Assembly: GCA_964234715.1 (NCBI GenBank)
Contig: OZ174277.1
Origin: Podarcis melisellensis
Lineage: Eukaryota
Strand: one strand, 5' to 3'
Length of the DNA: 64,000 nt
The position numbers and the translations under genes are program-made. The notes under the pieces are model-generated. The model had not been told where the DNA came from. It searched no databases and was given only the letters and a program-made list of their open reading frames with translations. Positions 40,566 to 53,179 of this stretch are shown one piece after another (the first letter of the stretch is position 1; each line of letters opens with the position of its first letter).

Positions 40566-41820
40566 TATTCTGTTTCATAAGTTTTATAGATTGCTTTATT
40601 GGGGGTTTTTTGTAAAAAAAAAAAAAGGTCAAAGAGGAATATTGAGAAGTAGATTTCCAGAGGAACTTTTCTTAGTATAAGGTAACTAGGCAGGAAAATG
40701 GCAATAAGAAATGCCTAAAGCTTAGAGCTGGCACTTCAGTGCTTATTGGGTTGTTCCTTGACCGTATTCTGATTACAATCCAGAAGAGGGCCTTGCTGTT
40801 CTAATAATGAATGGCCCAGCAGTTTGACATGGAGCTCTTATTCCTGCAGAATGTGCATGCTGAGCAACTCAACAGGCTGGGAAGCAGTCAAGCGGTGCCT
40901 TATAGATTTGTATATTATGGACAATTCCAATAGTTAGACAAGTCAGAGCCACAGTTGTTGCACTATTTTTATTTCTCTATTAAATAGATAAACCAATTCT
41001 GAAAAGGGATGAAGTATGTTCCTGATGGTTAAATAATAAAAATGAATACATCTGCCACTTGCCTCCCATGCTTGGCTTCCATTGACATATAATAATTTCA
41101 CATTGTGCACGGCAGAAGGGCATTTTGGGGGTGGGGGGAGGTAACGTTAAGGTTGCTATATTAGCACCTCATTTCTTAAGCATTAAACTTGGAATTGGGC
41201 CTCACTGATTTCAAATACAGCATTTCAATAAGCAAACTGGTTTGGACTTTAAATGGTAAGTTTTCTGCACAGAGAATATGTCCCTTCTATGCCTTGCATA
41301 GCACCTTGGACATCATTTGTGTGATTAATATATTTGATTAATAGTTATAGGTAAGGATGATGTAAGGTGCTTTTCACGGTGCAGTCCTATGCATGACTAC
41401 CTGGAAGTTGAATGGAATTTACTCTCAGATATGTGTTCTTGGGTTGCAGCCTTAAACATACAGTTTGTGCCTCTCCCTTATTAATCTGTCTTCAGTCACA
41501 ATTTGATGATAAATGCTTTCAGTACATATTAGAGTTTAGTGAGGTTGGCAGGGGAGAGGATCCATTCCTGTTTGATGAAGGGAAGAATGAAAATTTGGGA
41601 GACACAAACACTACAAACATTATTTCTATTCATATGAAACAAGCAACTTGTAACACATTTCTCATTTCCTACTGAAAAATCATGTCTGTGTTTTAAAAAT
41701 GTAAAAAATTGTAGACCATCGTCTCCACAGGCTTAGAAGCTGCAATTGGCTGCAGGTTCCCACTGCTTATATATCACACGTACACACAATTGAGAAGATT
41801 TTTAAGTTCATTTTTTTAAA

Positions 41821-41850
41821 GAAGAAGAAGAAGAAGAAGAAGAAAAAGAA
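41821..41850. repeat. (GAA)n microsatellite
   Basis: Directly visible just upstream of the L1 insertion site. Confidence 0.9.
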
Positions 41851-41866
41851 GCTTATCCTTATTATT

Positions 41867-43299
41867 CCAATTACCTTTTGGTAAAAGACTGGATTGTCAT
41901 CAAAAACAAAAATTTGTTAGATCTAGAGGGGTTTAATCTAAGATTCGGTTGGCATGCCTATTTATGGCGAGACAAAGGAAGGGTTCATAAAGGTTTTTCT
42001 AACCACATTTTCAGAGGGCCACTGCTGGAAGTGTGGGAAAGGAACAAAAAATTGTTGGAGCAGAAAACGCCCTGGTGGTTATCACCAATAGACATTTTAA
42101 CAATTAAAAGATCAAACATTGAGGGGGAAAGATGGACATATGAAGATTTACTAACCAAAACAGAATCCGGGTGGAGGATTAGACCTTACGAAGAAATAAA
42201 AAGCAAGCTGACTGGCTGGATTCAATACCATCAAATTAATTCAATGTGGAGAGAAGATAATAAGATCGGAATAAATGACAAGAAATCTAGATTTCAGATT
42301 GAAATAATAGAAAGTAAAACAAAATTATTATCAAAAATGTACAACCAGTTGCTTGAGTGGGACACCAAGGACGAGGAAGTAAAGGATGTGATGGTGAAGT
42401 GGGCGGTAGACCTAGGGTACAACATAGAGTTTGACAAATGGAAGGCATTGTGGTGTAAAGATATGAATTTCTCAGCATGCACGACACTAAAGGAAAACAT
42501 ATATAAGATGATGTACAGATGGTACATAACGCCGGTAAAACTACATAAAATGTATAGAACAGGCGATAAATTGTGTTGGAAATGTAAGAGCAAGGAGGGC
42601 GATTTCATCCATACGTGGTGGACGTGCGAGATTCTCAAAAAATTTTGGGAATCCATCTATAATGAATTAAAAAAAATTCTCAAATATACGTTTGTTAAAA
42701 AACCCGAAGCCTTCCTACTGGGGATAATTGGTAAGGATATCAAAGAAGAAGATAGAACCTTTTTTCAATATGCAATGGCGGCCGCCAGAACCCTCATAGC
42801 ACAGTACTGGAAAACACCAAAAATCCCAACACTAAAGGAGTGGCAACTTAAATTATCCGATTATTTGGAGTTGGCTAAATTGACACAGAAAATAAGAAAT
42901 CAAAGAAGTGCAAAATTTAATAATGAATGGGATAAATTTAGGATATATATGGAAATAGAGATAAAGGGAAAATCAAAATATTGATCAGAAACATATATGT
43001 ACTTACAGAAATCACAGTAGACATGCGATAACGCTTACTACGTAAAAAGTTTTATTAAGGAATAGACACAGCAGATAGATAAACAAGGTAATATTTTCCG
43101 AAATCGAGATAAGGGGAAGTCGATCAATGTCTTTTAAAGTTGTATGTTTTTCGTGTTTTTCTTTTTTTCTTTTTTTTCTCTTTTTATCCTTTTCTCTGTT
43201 TTTTCTTTTTCATTTTGTCTTTTGTACGTTTGTGAAATATATTTATGTCAAAATTCAATAAAATATATTAAAAATAAAAAACCAATTACCTTTTGGTAA
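41867..43299 (+). mobile_element. Young 5'-truncated L1-clade LINE (ORF2 C-terminus, 3' UTR, A-rich tail)
   Basis: 368-aa open frame with the CWKC-x8-H-x4-C zinc knuckle (YRWYITP..CWKC..GDFIHTWWTC); AATAAA ~43257; perfect 18-bp TSD CCAATTACCTTTTGGTAA (41867-41884, 43282-43299). Confidence 0.92.
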
Positions 43300-44324
43300 T
43301 CCATACCACACACTAGTTACCTGTGTCTAGCAACTTTTGAATTCCTACTCAGATGATCTATTTTGAGAAAGTCCGATCCTATTAATGTTGATTTGGAAGT
43401 CCTGCCTAGTTCAATGGGATTATGGGGGGGGCTGTGCCTCCCTCCAAAGGGGCCTATAAATAAACTTAAAATAACTTTACTTCCAAGCATGGATAGCTGG
43501 GATCAGGAACATCTGGTCCTCCAGGAGTTGTTGGACTCCCATTAGCCCCAGGCAGCCCAGCCAATAGCCAGGGGTGGTGGGAGTTGCAGTCTAACAACAT
43601 CTGAAGGGTCACAGGTTTCCCATTTGTGATGGGCAGGATTGCAACAGCAGGGTGACATCTAATGATGTTTGAGTGAGTGTCCCCTTCTTCATCTCCTGTG
43701 CCCTCACCAAACCCCGCCCTCTAGAGCAGACTTTGGGGGTACATGGTTGGCTATAGGGGGAAGAAATAAAGGTGAAGGCCTGTTGCAGCAGATGAAATAT
43801 GTTCTGTTCACAGATGGCCATCACTGGACATCCCTCATTCCTATTGACTTCAGTATGTCTACTCTGAGTAGGAGTAGAAGCCCTTCACATGGTCAGGCAG
43901 ACAAAAGGCATTTCTTCCATAAAAGGAGCTGTGAAAACACAGGGTGAGCAGGGGCAAGACAAAGACTCAATACTATATGAAATTTAATCAGTCTTGTTAC
44001 TAAGATATCACTGTCAGTTTCTGATGCTTTATAATTGTTATCATATTTATCATGGATGTCTAGAAGCTGATGGTTTGCCTGGGTTGAAACAAGTGCCTTT
44101 ACCCTTTCACATGTCCAAAACTTTCCATTTTGGGGGGGGGGGGAGTTAGGAGGAACTGCTTTGTGAAAATAGGGTGAAAATTGTCCCCCCTCCCCCTCCA
44201 CATTTTTATGACCTTTCATATCTCTATGCAGGCACAACAAGAAGCATAAATATGAACAACAACTTAAACAAATGAAAGGCTTATTGAACCAATATTGAAA
44301 GCTTGTATTGTAGCCTCATCAGTT

Positions 44325-44721
44325 CTTCCCTTTGTTTTTTAAATGATCTTTATTGGTTTTACACATTTTACAAATTTCACAATTTTTTACAAATAAAGAC
44401 ACTCGCGGGACTGAAATAGACCTCATTATGTTTATTAAAAATCATTCGTTTTGGATTTAAGAACATTGAACAAGTATATTACAACAATATATTTGTTGAA
44501 GGATGTATATTTAATGAAATTTTGAATAGTATTATTCCATAGTAGTAAGGACACATAAAATGTAAACATAACAAATGCATAAATATAAAGAAAATATAGA
44601 GAAACCAGACGGAGGGAGGGAAGTACAAACTTGTTTAGAGTTAAAGTATTAAGATTAAAAGGAATAAGGTATGTATTATGTATTGTGATGGTGAAATTTG
44701 TAAAATTAGTCCTTCCCTTTG
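44325..44721. mobile_element. Short AT-rich retroelement insertion, possibly a rearranged L1 3' UTR
   Basis: 10-bp direct repeats CTTCCCTTTG; T-run plus TTTATT at the left end; internal 15-bp inverted repeat. Confidence 0.5.
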
Positions 44722-45820
44722 CATACAATAAAGTGACACTCTTACAAGGCAGCTGTTTAAAAAAGCAAGTTGCTCCTTATAATTTAAACATTTGAAAGTC
44801 TGCAGGGCTCTCCATTCATATCCTGTATATGCAACGTGGCCTTTAATTACCTTGGCAGGTTTTGAGCACTGATAAAAGACTGTATTTTTTTAAAACCTCC
44901 CCCCCAAATGTCCAATGGTTGGCAGGCAGTCCATCCCAGGGTTCTATTTGGAGCAAGACTAGCAGGAGAGCTTTCAGCTAAGGGCTGAGTTTAAACAGCA
45001 ACTGTTAGGTTTTTAAAGAAAATGGCTTTGACACAAACGGGGAAAGAGCTCCGAGGACAATTAGAGTCCCAGAAGCAGCTGTTTTATTAATTTACTTTGC
45101 CTTGTGTGTAGCCTTGGCTGCTGATTCTATCTACTTTTATCAATAAAGTACATCTAGAAATAGGACACTTCCCACTGAAATATATACACTAACATGACTT
45201 GTTTTTAGGCTGATTTCAGAAAGACACACACACACACACACACACATTTTTGTAGTGTGTGTAAAAAAGAGAAATGCCAAGAAATTTCAGCTAAGATCCA
45301 AAGAACCACAGAAATGTAAGAAATCAAGCAACAGATCTCTATCCCGTAGGCCAAACTGCTTTGGAAACTGACGTAAGCTGCAGAAGCGGTTTTTGACAAG
45401 GCAGGCACCTTGGATTTCCTGCACAAAGGAGAAGACAATTAATCCATCTTGGTTTTTGCAAATAAAAGGATTGATTGACTTCTCCTTTGTGAAGAAGAGC
45501 AATCATCACCAAAAAGGCATTGTACAAATTATAGACTTTAAATCAAAACCCTTTACATCCTTCTCAGCAGGATAGCTCTATACCAGATGTTCACCTTGAC
45601 AAGACATAGCACTAGGCGTAACACAGTTGTTTCTAGTTTTCTCAAGTGCCACCTTACACAGAGTCAAAAAACTAATAATCCTGCTGAGATCTGTCCTCCC
45701 AGAATAATACCCAAGCACTCTGTATATGCAAAGTCTCGGATAGTGAACTATGGTTCCATGTGCTTATCACAGGTTGCTGTCGCTCTGTACACACAGCTCT
45801 GTTGGAAAAACAGTCAATCT

Positions 45821-45886
45821 GCCAGTTTTACTGGCAGTTTTACTGGAAGGAGAGCCAGTTTTACTGGCAGTTTTACTGGAAGGAGA
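45821..45886. repeat. Perfect 33-bp tandem duplication
   Basis: GCCAGTTTTACTGGCAGTTTTACTGGAAGGAGA x2. Confidence 0.9.
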
Positions 45887-45939
45887 GCAAGGGAAACCAA
45901 ATCCAGCCCCATTTTCTCCTCCCAGACAGCTGACATGTA

Positions 45940-46154
45940 CAGTGGTACCTCGGGTTAATAACTTAATTCATTCTGGAGGTCCGTTCTTAACATGAAACTG
46001 TTCTTAACCCGAGGTACCGCTTTAGTTAATGGGGCCTCCCACTGCCACCACACAATTTCTGTTCTCATCCTGAAGCAAAGTTCTTAACCCGAGTTACTAT
46101 TTCTGGGTTAGCAGAGTCTGTAACCTGAAGCGTCTGTAACCCGAGGTACCACTG
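45940..46154. mobile_element. Tc1/mariner (Tigger-like) MITE, second copy in opposite orientation
   Basis: TA|CAGTGGTACCTCGGGTTA ... TAACCCGAGGTACCACTG|TA. Confidence 0.85.
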
Positions 46155-47599
46155 TAGTGTCACTGATTTTCTAACTAGGTTTTCAGTGCATAGTCTTTGA
46201 CAGCTGAATTGTGCACTGCTCAGCACTCATTGGCTCATGAAGTCCCTTGCTAGAGAGATTCAAGTAGGAATCTGCTTTTGCATGCATATGAACTCTAGCT
46301 GGATTGGAGCACGTATTTAGCCTCAAACCAAGGCTTTTCTTATCAAGGCTTCTTTGGCAGCAAACCTTGTCAAATGTGGACATATTTGAATGCTGCATTT
46401 GATAACGGTAGCCACAGGTGTAGCAGTTGGCGTATGAAAGAGCTGGGTTCAAAATCTAAGCCAAAGGTGGTTAATGTGTGAGAAGAAGGGAGGCAAAAGA
46501 ATTGTAATGTGCTTTGTACTGATGTAGTAGAAATTACCCTTAAATATCTGAGAGTCTCTTTAAAAAAAATCAAGATGTAAAACTCCCATTTGAGAGAAAA
46601 TATGTATCCTGTGTTTCCATAGAGATTTGGGATGTTTTTCTGCACTGTGCTACTCTTCCCATTCCCTACACACACACACCGCTCTTCAGAATGTGTGATT
46701 AAAAATATATGTGAGCAAATACTGGTTTGCATCTCTACAAACCTGACTGCTTGAAGTCTTAAGATTTAACCTTCCCTTCTCACACCAGGGAGACACCATG
46801 TGTTTAGTTTGGGAGAACAAAGTTCCTCCACTGCCTTCTGGCATAACAGCAGCTTGGTGAATGAAGGAAGCCAAGAGACATCAGATCAATTCTTTTCTTT
46901 TAGATCTCTTTCCCAGAAAAATAGCTACTCCACTTTTACCCTGGCATACACCAGGCATGCCTGTTAAACTCAGATGCATAAGGGGGAAATGGCAAATTAA
47001 CTTTACTGCTAGCTCCAAATCCCCAATTGACATAGCATTCACCACCTTCCCATACACACTGCAATTTTCATCATTGGTGATACCTGGGAAAAACCCAAAC
47101 TAGGAGCATTTTAACCTCTGGTCATGAAATTGAGTCTTTGTTAATTGACGCCCAAATGTTTCCATCTTATTCTTCTTAAACACAAGCTTAGATAAACCTA
47201 GCAGGGCTTTGTGATTAAGAGAGGGTATTCCATAATAGTCCAGGAAAGAAGAAAATAGTTAAACTTACCAATGGCACATTTATATAAGAGGAATCTGAAT
47301 GCAGTTTACTAATAATGCATTTAACAAGACTTTAAACAAAGTTCCACAGCTGATGTTTGGACTGAAAGCATAGCATAATTGTTACCATAGAATAGGATGC
47401 TGTTTCATGGTCTGCACAGGAATTTCTTAGTCCAAATTCAGTAGAGAAAGGTAAACTGGCACATCAGTCCTATGGAAAAAGGCATAGTTCCTGCTCAGAG
47501 TGCAGATGCCTTTCAGAGGAAAATCTAGCCACCTTGTCAGATAAGCAACCCACCTTTTATGTAAATATATCTAGAACCCTTTACCTGCAGCCATTTAGC

Positions 47600-48450
47600 A
47601 GGGATAAATATCATAATTTTAAAGGTTGGGAAGAAGTTGACCCATTCCAGATAAGGAACTTTTAACTGGGTGTTAGACCCACATAAGGAGACCTATCTGA
47701 AGAACAATTAGCTGAATGAAGTTACACTTGCTTTCAAATCCATCGAGGTAGACAATTTATAACCATCCTGGAAATTGCTCCTCAAGTGACCAGACCTCTC
47801 ACGCTAATGGAAAGTTTAATTGCTCAAACCACAAACCTTAGGAAAGTCTTGTTATTGGATAGACATGAAATATTGGAGGTGGAAATGCTAGGGTCATATG
47901 AGAGTCTGCAGAAAACATGGGAACAAGACCTATGAAGAAATGATGAGAACAAATGAAAAAGTATCTGGAGAAAACTACCTTTTAAATCAGTATCAGCAAG
48001 GATTACAGAAAAATCTGTTAAAGTGGTATTCAAATGATACCTCATTCTACATACACTTAATAGCAGAATCCTCTTCCCCAGAGGATGGAAGAGGTATAGA
48101 GAATGAAGAACAATGTCCCATATGTGGTGGCCATGTGAAAAGGTCACACTTTGGGGGGGATAAAATAACAAACCAGACAAGCACACCAGATTCAAAGCTA
48201 GTTTTCATGATGGTTTTTGATGACAACTTGAAGACTGTAAGGCATGAAGAGTTTATTGACTGCTGCCAGATTGGTAATAGTGAGATATCGGAAAGAATCA
48301 TGTCCCAGTATGCTGGAGACATGGTATCAGGAATTGTGGAAGATTCAAAAGTTAACACAAAAGTTTAGAGCCCTGCATAAGGGGGAAACTACAGATGATT
48401 CCCATACTATTTGGAGTAGCTGTGCAGCAAAGACTGAACACAACTGCTAC
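47600..48450 (+). mobile_element. Old, frameshifted L1-clade ORF2 C-terminal relic
   Basis: Across frames: KTWEQDL, LLKWY, CPIC..H, and LLTAARLVIVRYRKESCPSMLETWYQELWKIQKLTQKFR, collinear with AMAAARTLIAQYWKTPKIPTLKEWQLKLSDYLELAKLTQKIR of the intact L1 at 41.9-43.0 kb. Boundaries approximate. Confidence 0.65.
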
Positions 48451-48668
48451 CCACCCATCATGCATAGGAATCTATGGAAACACACATCTGCAAGTATTGA
48501 ATGCTAATTCAAATATGTACTGATGAGTGACTAAAAAAATAAACACAATTATAGAATTCACTGGATGAAATAACACTAAGTTCGTGGCCTACAACATTGG
48601 TTTCCAGCTAAATTTTGTTTGAGGCCATTACTGAAGTTTTTAATGTAAAGTTGCTGTCAAGTTGCAGG

Positions 48669-48881
48669 TTGCCACATACTCTCAGTTACAGATAGGTAGC
48701 CGTGTTGGTCTGCCATAGTCAAAACAAAAAAAATTCCTTCCAGTAGCACCTTAAAGACCAACTAAGTTAGTTCTTGTATCTGAAGAAGTGTGCATGCACA
48801 CGAAAGCTCATACCAAGAACTAACTTAGTTGGTCTTTAAGGTGCTACTGGAAGGAATTTTTTTTGTTTTGCCACATACTCT
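48669..48881. mobile_element. Penelope-like remnant with inverted partial terminal repeat
   Basis: 14-bp TSD TTGCCACATACTCT (48669-48682, 48868-48881); perfect 57-bp inverted arms (48720-48776 / 48814-48870); same family as 16864-17035. Confidence 0.8.
48776..48814 (+). ncRNA. Minimal type I hammerhead ribozyme motif
   Basis: GTAT-CTGAAGA-A-GTGTGC(AT)GCACAC-GAAA-GC-TC-ATAC: helix I, CUGANGA core, helix II, GAAA, vestigial helix III, UC cleavage site (after 48809). Confidence 0.7.
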
Positions 48882-49279
48882 GTTGCACTTAGCATTTTAA
48901 CTGTTCTTACTGAAGCAAACCTAGACCAAGGGTTCCTTTTAGAGTCCTGAATGGTTGCTATATAATCATACATGAGGGAGATATTGCCAATTTTCTGAAC
49001 AGGGTTGCAACCATTATGCATGCTTTAATCCCAACTGCAACATTCATGAGTATGGCAATGTGGATCCTAAGCCATTGTATGTGTGGGGAGAACATCTTCA
49101 AGAAAAAACGTGCCCCAATATTGTATCAGAAATCTGCCATGGAAAACTCGGTTCCTCCCCTACTAACAAACTGTTTGGACTAAACTCCATCTCCGAGCTG
49201 TTGCAGCATACAGGAGCTCCAAAAGGTGCAAAAAGCACTAATACTGAGCCACAGTGTACTCTGCCATGCATAACAGGTT

Positions 49280-49292
49280 TGCCACCTAGTGG
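49280..49292 (-). promoter_or_regulatory. Candidate CTCF motif
   Basis: Minus strand CCACTAGGTGGCA fits the core consensus CCASYAGRKGGCR; motif match only. Confidence 0.35.
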
Positions 49293-50591
49293 ATTGCTGC
49301 TGTGACAAGGAAACTCAAGATCTCAGCAATTCTGAACCATATAAGCTGTTTTTAGGCTAACTGATATCTCACATGCCTATTTTCTCTGACTGCTTGTAGC
49401 CAAACAACAGTAATCAGTGCAAGTTTAAAATAAAGAAAAAGGTTGCTGAAATTTCCACTAGTAAGAAAAGATTGCCGTGTTTTCAAGTTGCAAGAAATAT
49501 ATATCTTCCACACTTTAATTCCACACGGGTTTTAATATTTAACATATGCATAATGGAACTTGCCAACTGACCAGATAAGTACAGTATTAGCTTGGCCTGG
49601 CCATCTGCTTTAGCAGTAGTCTTTAGTGTTAACTTTTGGTTATGTTATTTTTAATCCTGAAGCTGTACGTATTTATGCTGCTGGTAGTGGTAAATATTTA
49701 TAATGAGGGTCTTTTAAATAACTATTTTAAAACTGTGAGTTGTTCTGATAGCATGGAGTACAAATATTTGTAATTTATAATATTCACGGCATTAGGCTTA
49801 TTATGGAGACCAACCAGTAAGTGACTCCCACAATACATATACCCCACTGTATGGAAAACATAATAGTCCCTAATATATATAAGTTGTTCATCACTGGTTT
49901 AGATTATACAGTATGTGCAATCATATGTAGATATTGCATTGATTTGTATGTGCCTAGTTTTTTCAAAAGGGTTAATCTTTGGATTGTAGAGGTTCTGCTT
50001 CTAAAACGCCCTGAGCACTTTTGCCAATCTGTTGAGAATATACAGATGAATATATAAGCCTGCCTATCCTCCCGTCCAGACTCATGCACCCAGCTGCAGT
50101 AAAGAGATAACAGTTCTTCCATGAAATCACAACATTGCTCTTATTAAGTTTTGATCCCCGCCTATGCCAGAGAAGGAATAAGGCCTCAGTCCTATGCCCA
50201 TATACTTGGAAGAAAATCCTGTTGAATTCAGTAGAGCTCTCTTCAAGCACAACAAAAGAGTCACATGGCAAGTTAAAGATGAACACATTTATTACAGCAT
50301 AAGCATTTATGGCTTAAGAGTCCTGATGTGTTATCTATCCTGAGCTGGCCCCAAAATTATATACAATGGACATATGGGTGTAATGAAGAAAAATGTAAAC
50401 TGAAAAGGCAAATGGCAATGAAATGCAAAAAGTACGGGCTGTTATCACGACTTACTGCTGTTGGAAACAACCACTGTACTCATTCTGAATACATTTCAGT
50501 TTTTCACAGTCTGTATTTTTAAATTTTCCATTCCCATCTTTTTCTCTCTCTACACTTATGTTTATTCCTGCCAACTGAGGCTAACACTTCA

Positions 50592-50690
50592 GGCAGCTGA
50601 AGTGGTCTCTACTCCACAAAAGCTTAGGCTAGAATAAATCTGTTATTATTTAAGGTGCTTCAAGATTCTTCAGTGTTTTTGCTGCAACAC
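50592..50690 (+). mobile_element. Degenerate Penelope-like remnant (different subfamily)
   Basis: ctgaagtgg..ccacaaaagctta..taaggtgct..tttgctgcaaca; same layout as the other copies, core eroded. Confidence 0.5.
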
Positions 50691-53179
50691 TGTCTGGAAC
50701 AACGATAGGAAACCTGTGACACTCCGGATGTTGTTGAACTACAACCCCCATAATTCTTGACTCTTGGCCATGCTGGCCAGGGTTGATGGGAGTTGAAGTC
50801 CAACAACATCTGGAGGGCTACAGATTCCCCTTCACCCCTTTGGACATTTCTCAAAGTAAACATGGTAGAGCTGGTCTGAAGGCAGAGCAGGCTAAACAGT
50901 AAGAACCGGCTTTTGATGAAGAGGGAAAGCACCAGATAAAAGTCTAGAAAGAACCAGTATCTCAGTCAGGCCTGTTGAGAGGAATTAAAGGAGTGTAGTG
51001 GGACTTACTTCCATGTAAGCAGATATAGCAGGGGTGGGGAACCCTGATCTAGCTAGTGGGCTGGTGGGAGGTTACTTCAAGCTTGCTTTCTTCAGGGATT
51101 AGTTGCAGGATCAAGTTCCCCATGGGAAACTTGGTCATGCAGCTGATCTTGCTGCATCTCTAACTTGGTTTTTGGACTACAACTCCCATCATCCCTAGCT
51201 AGCAGGACCAGTGGTCAGGGATGATGGGAACTGTAGTCCAAAAACAACTGGAGACCCAAGTTTGGAAAGTCCTTCTCTAGCTGCTCCACACCTAATGACA
51301 CCTGACACCAGGCGTGGGACAAGTGGGCATGGCTTGGGGGTAAGTGGCCATTTGGCCTTCTCCAAATTGGGAACTGTGGCAGGCCAAATTTGGTCAGTGG
51401 GCTGGAGGTCCCCCCCCCCCCGGTATATAGGATTACAGCCAAAGCGTCTTGTCCTACTTCGTCAACCACTTCTATGAAGCAGCACAGACCTGTATTTTCC
51501 CCATTTCTGTCTTCAGCCATGACAGAAGCCTCTTTTGCCATTGAGTAGTATGTAAACAAACAAATCTCTATTATGGGTATTGGAGCAACCCTCTTTTTTC
51601 TTTACAAGCAGTTCTGCTTTCTGTGCTGAACCTTCTAGTAGAATTCTGGTGACCAGCATTCTCATCGTCCACAAAGCACTACTCCTGGAGGCAATGAAGT
51701 AGATGAGCACAGAAAGGTTTATTTCAAAACAATCCACTTTTGAGTTTAGTGAGTGAGTGAAGGAAGGGAAGGACCTTGCCTGTAATGGAACAACCCGCCC
51801 ACCCTTTTCTCCTTTCTTAAAAGTGTCTTAGCAGATGGGCGGCAGTGGTGGTGGTGAGGGCTGGCTAAAGAGTTCATAAAATCCTATCAGAAAGTCATCT
51901 TCACCTAGAACTCAGAAATTTTATAGCTTCTTTTTATGTCTTCCTCCACTATGGGAACTAATTTCCTGAGGAATTGCAGGCATTTCCAATTTGTTTGAAA
52001 GATCTAGAATCTGTGTGTATATGTCTGAATCAGGAGAGACAACACAGAACACTGAAGTTAACTCATGCAACAGGTGACCTGTGGGAAGGATGAAATTATA
52101 TTATGGGTTTTGCTGTTGTTCATCTTAAACCAGGGTGTCAAAACAGAGCCGTTTCTTTGCTATAACAAGTGAATAATGCTTTCTTTTGTAGGCACAAGTC
52201 TCACCATATTGCTTATATGTAGAGGAAAAGCAAAAAAAAAATTAAAAATCATGTGCATAACTGCTTTCTCTGTGGAAACTTTAATATTTTGAACAACCGA
52301 CAGTAAAGAAGCACATCCAGCAGTGCAGTCTGATCTGCTAAATCTCATTATCAGCTGGTTGCACAATACCCCTCTTTGATGAAGATTGTTATACCTTCTC
52401 TGTTGGAAAAACTTGTTTTTCTGGTCTCTCTTCCTTCTGAACCAGCTGTTGTCTGTGTTTACTTGATCCTGCCCCATCTTCAAAAAAAGAAGTTGTCTAA
52501 TTTTTATATTTGTGGTTGACAATCCATACCTTGTGGCATTAAAAGACAGACCTCTGAATGCCAGTTCAGTATACCACTTGTGGGCATCTGATTGTCTACT
52601 GTGAGAACACATTACTAGATGGACAGAGGCAGCAAGGTTCTTCTCGTGTTATATATTTGCATGACCTTAACCTTTAGGCCAAACACACGAGAGCTACTTT
52701 GGCAGGGAAACCACAAATCTCAACAAGTGGATCTGAGAGAGCTTGTTAATGGAAGCTAATACATCTTTGAGAGCCACCCATCCTTGCTAGAAAAGGCTCC
52801 TTGGATGTGTTTGTAAGTGGGCAGCTTCACCAAGTCCCTCAGGGAGGCTACAGCCGGCTTGTTCCTCATTATTTTCATCACCACTCTCTTGATGTTACTG
52901 GTATTCACTTGCGCAATCGAGACGCAGAGCTCGGGGGTAGCTTCCTCATGCCAGTTGCCAACACCTGCTTTCTGACATCCTCAAAAATAGGTTCGTCATC
53001 AGCATGGACTGCAACTCACTCAAGTTCATGGAACTTTTCTCACTCAAGTTCAACCTCTCCAATGGCTCCTGCCATTAAAATGAATTCCCAGGTGATTATT
53101 TCCACAGTTGTCAAACCTGCCTGGGGTCTGTGCTGGCATGGATGCATGGGAGGCCTGCATCTTCATAGCTGTGATGGTT

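Noticed and set aside
47898-48368. 156-aa ORF with CxxC as a novel gene
   Set aside because: Explained as a frameshifted L1 ORF2 relic collinear with the intact L1 in this window.
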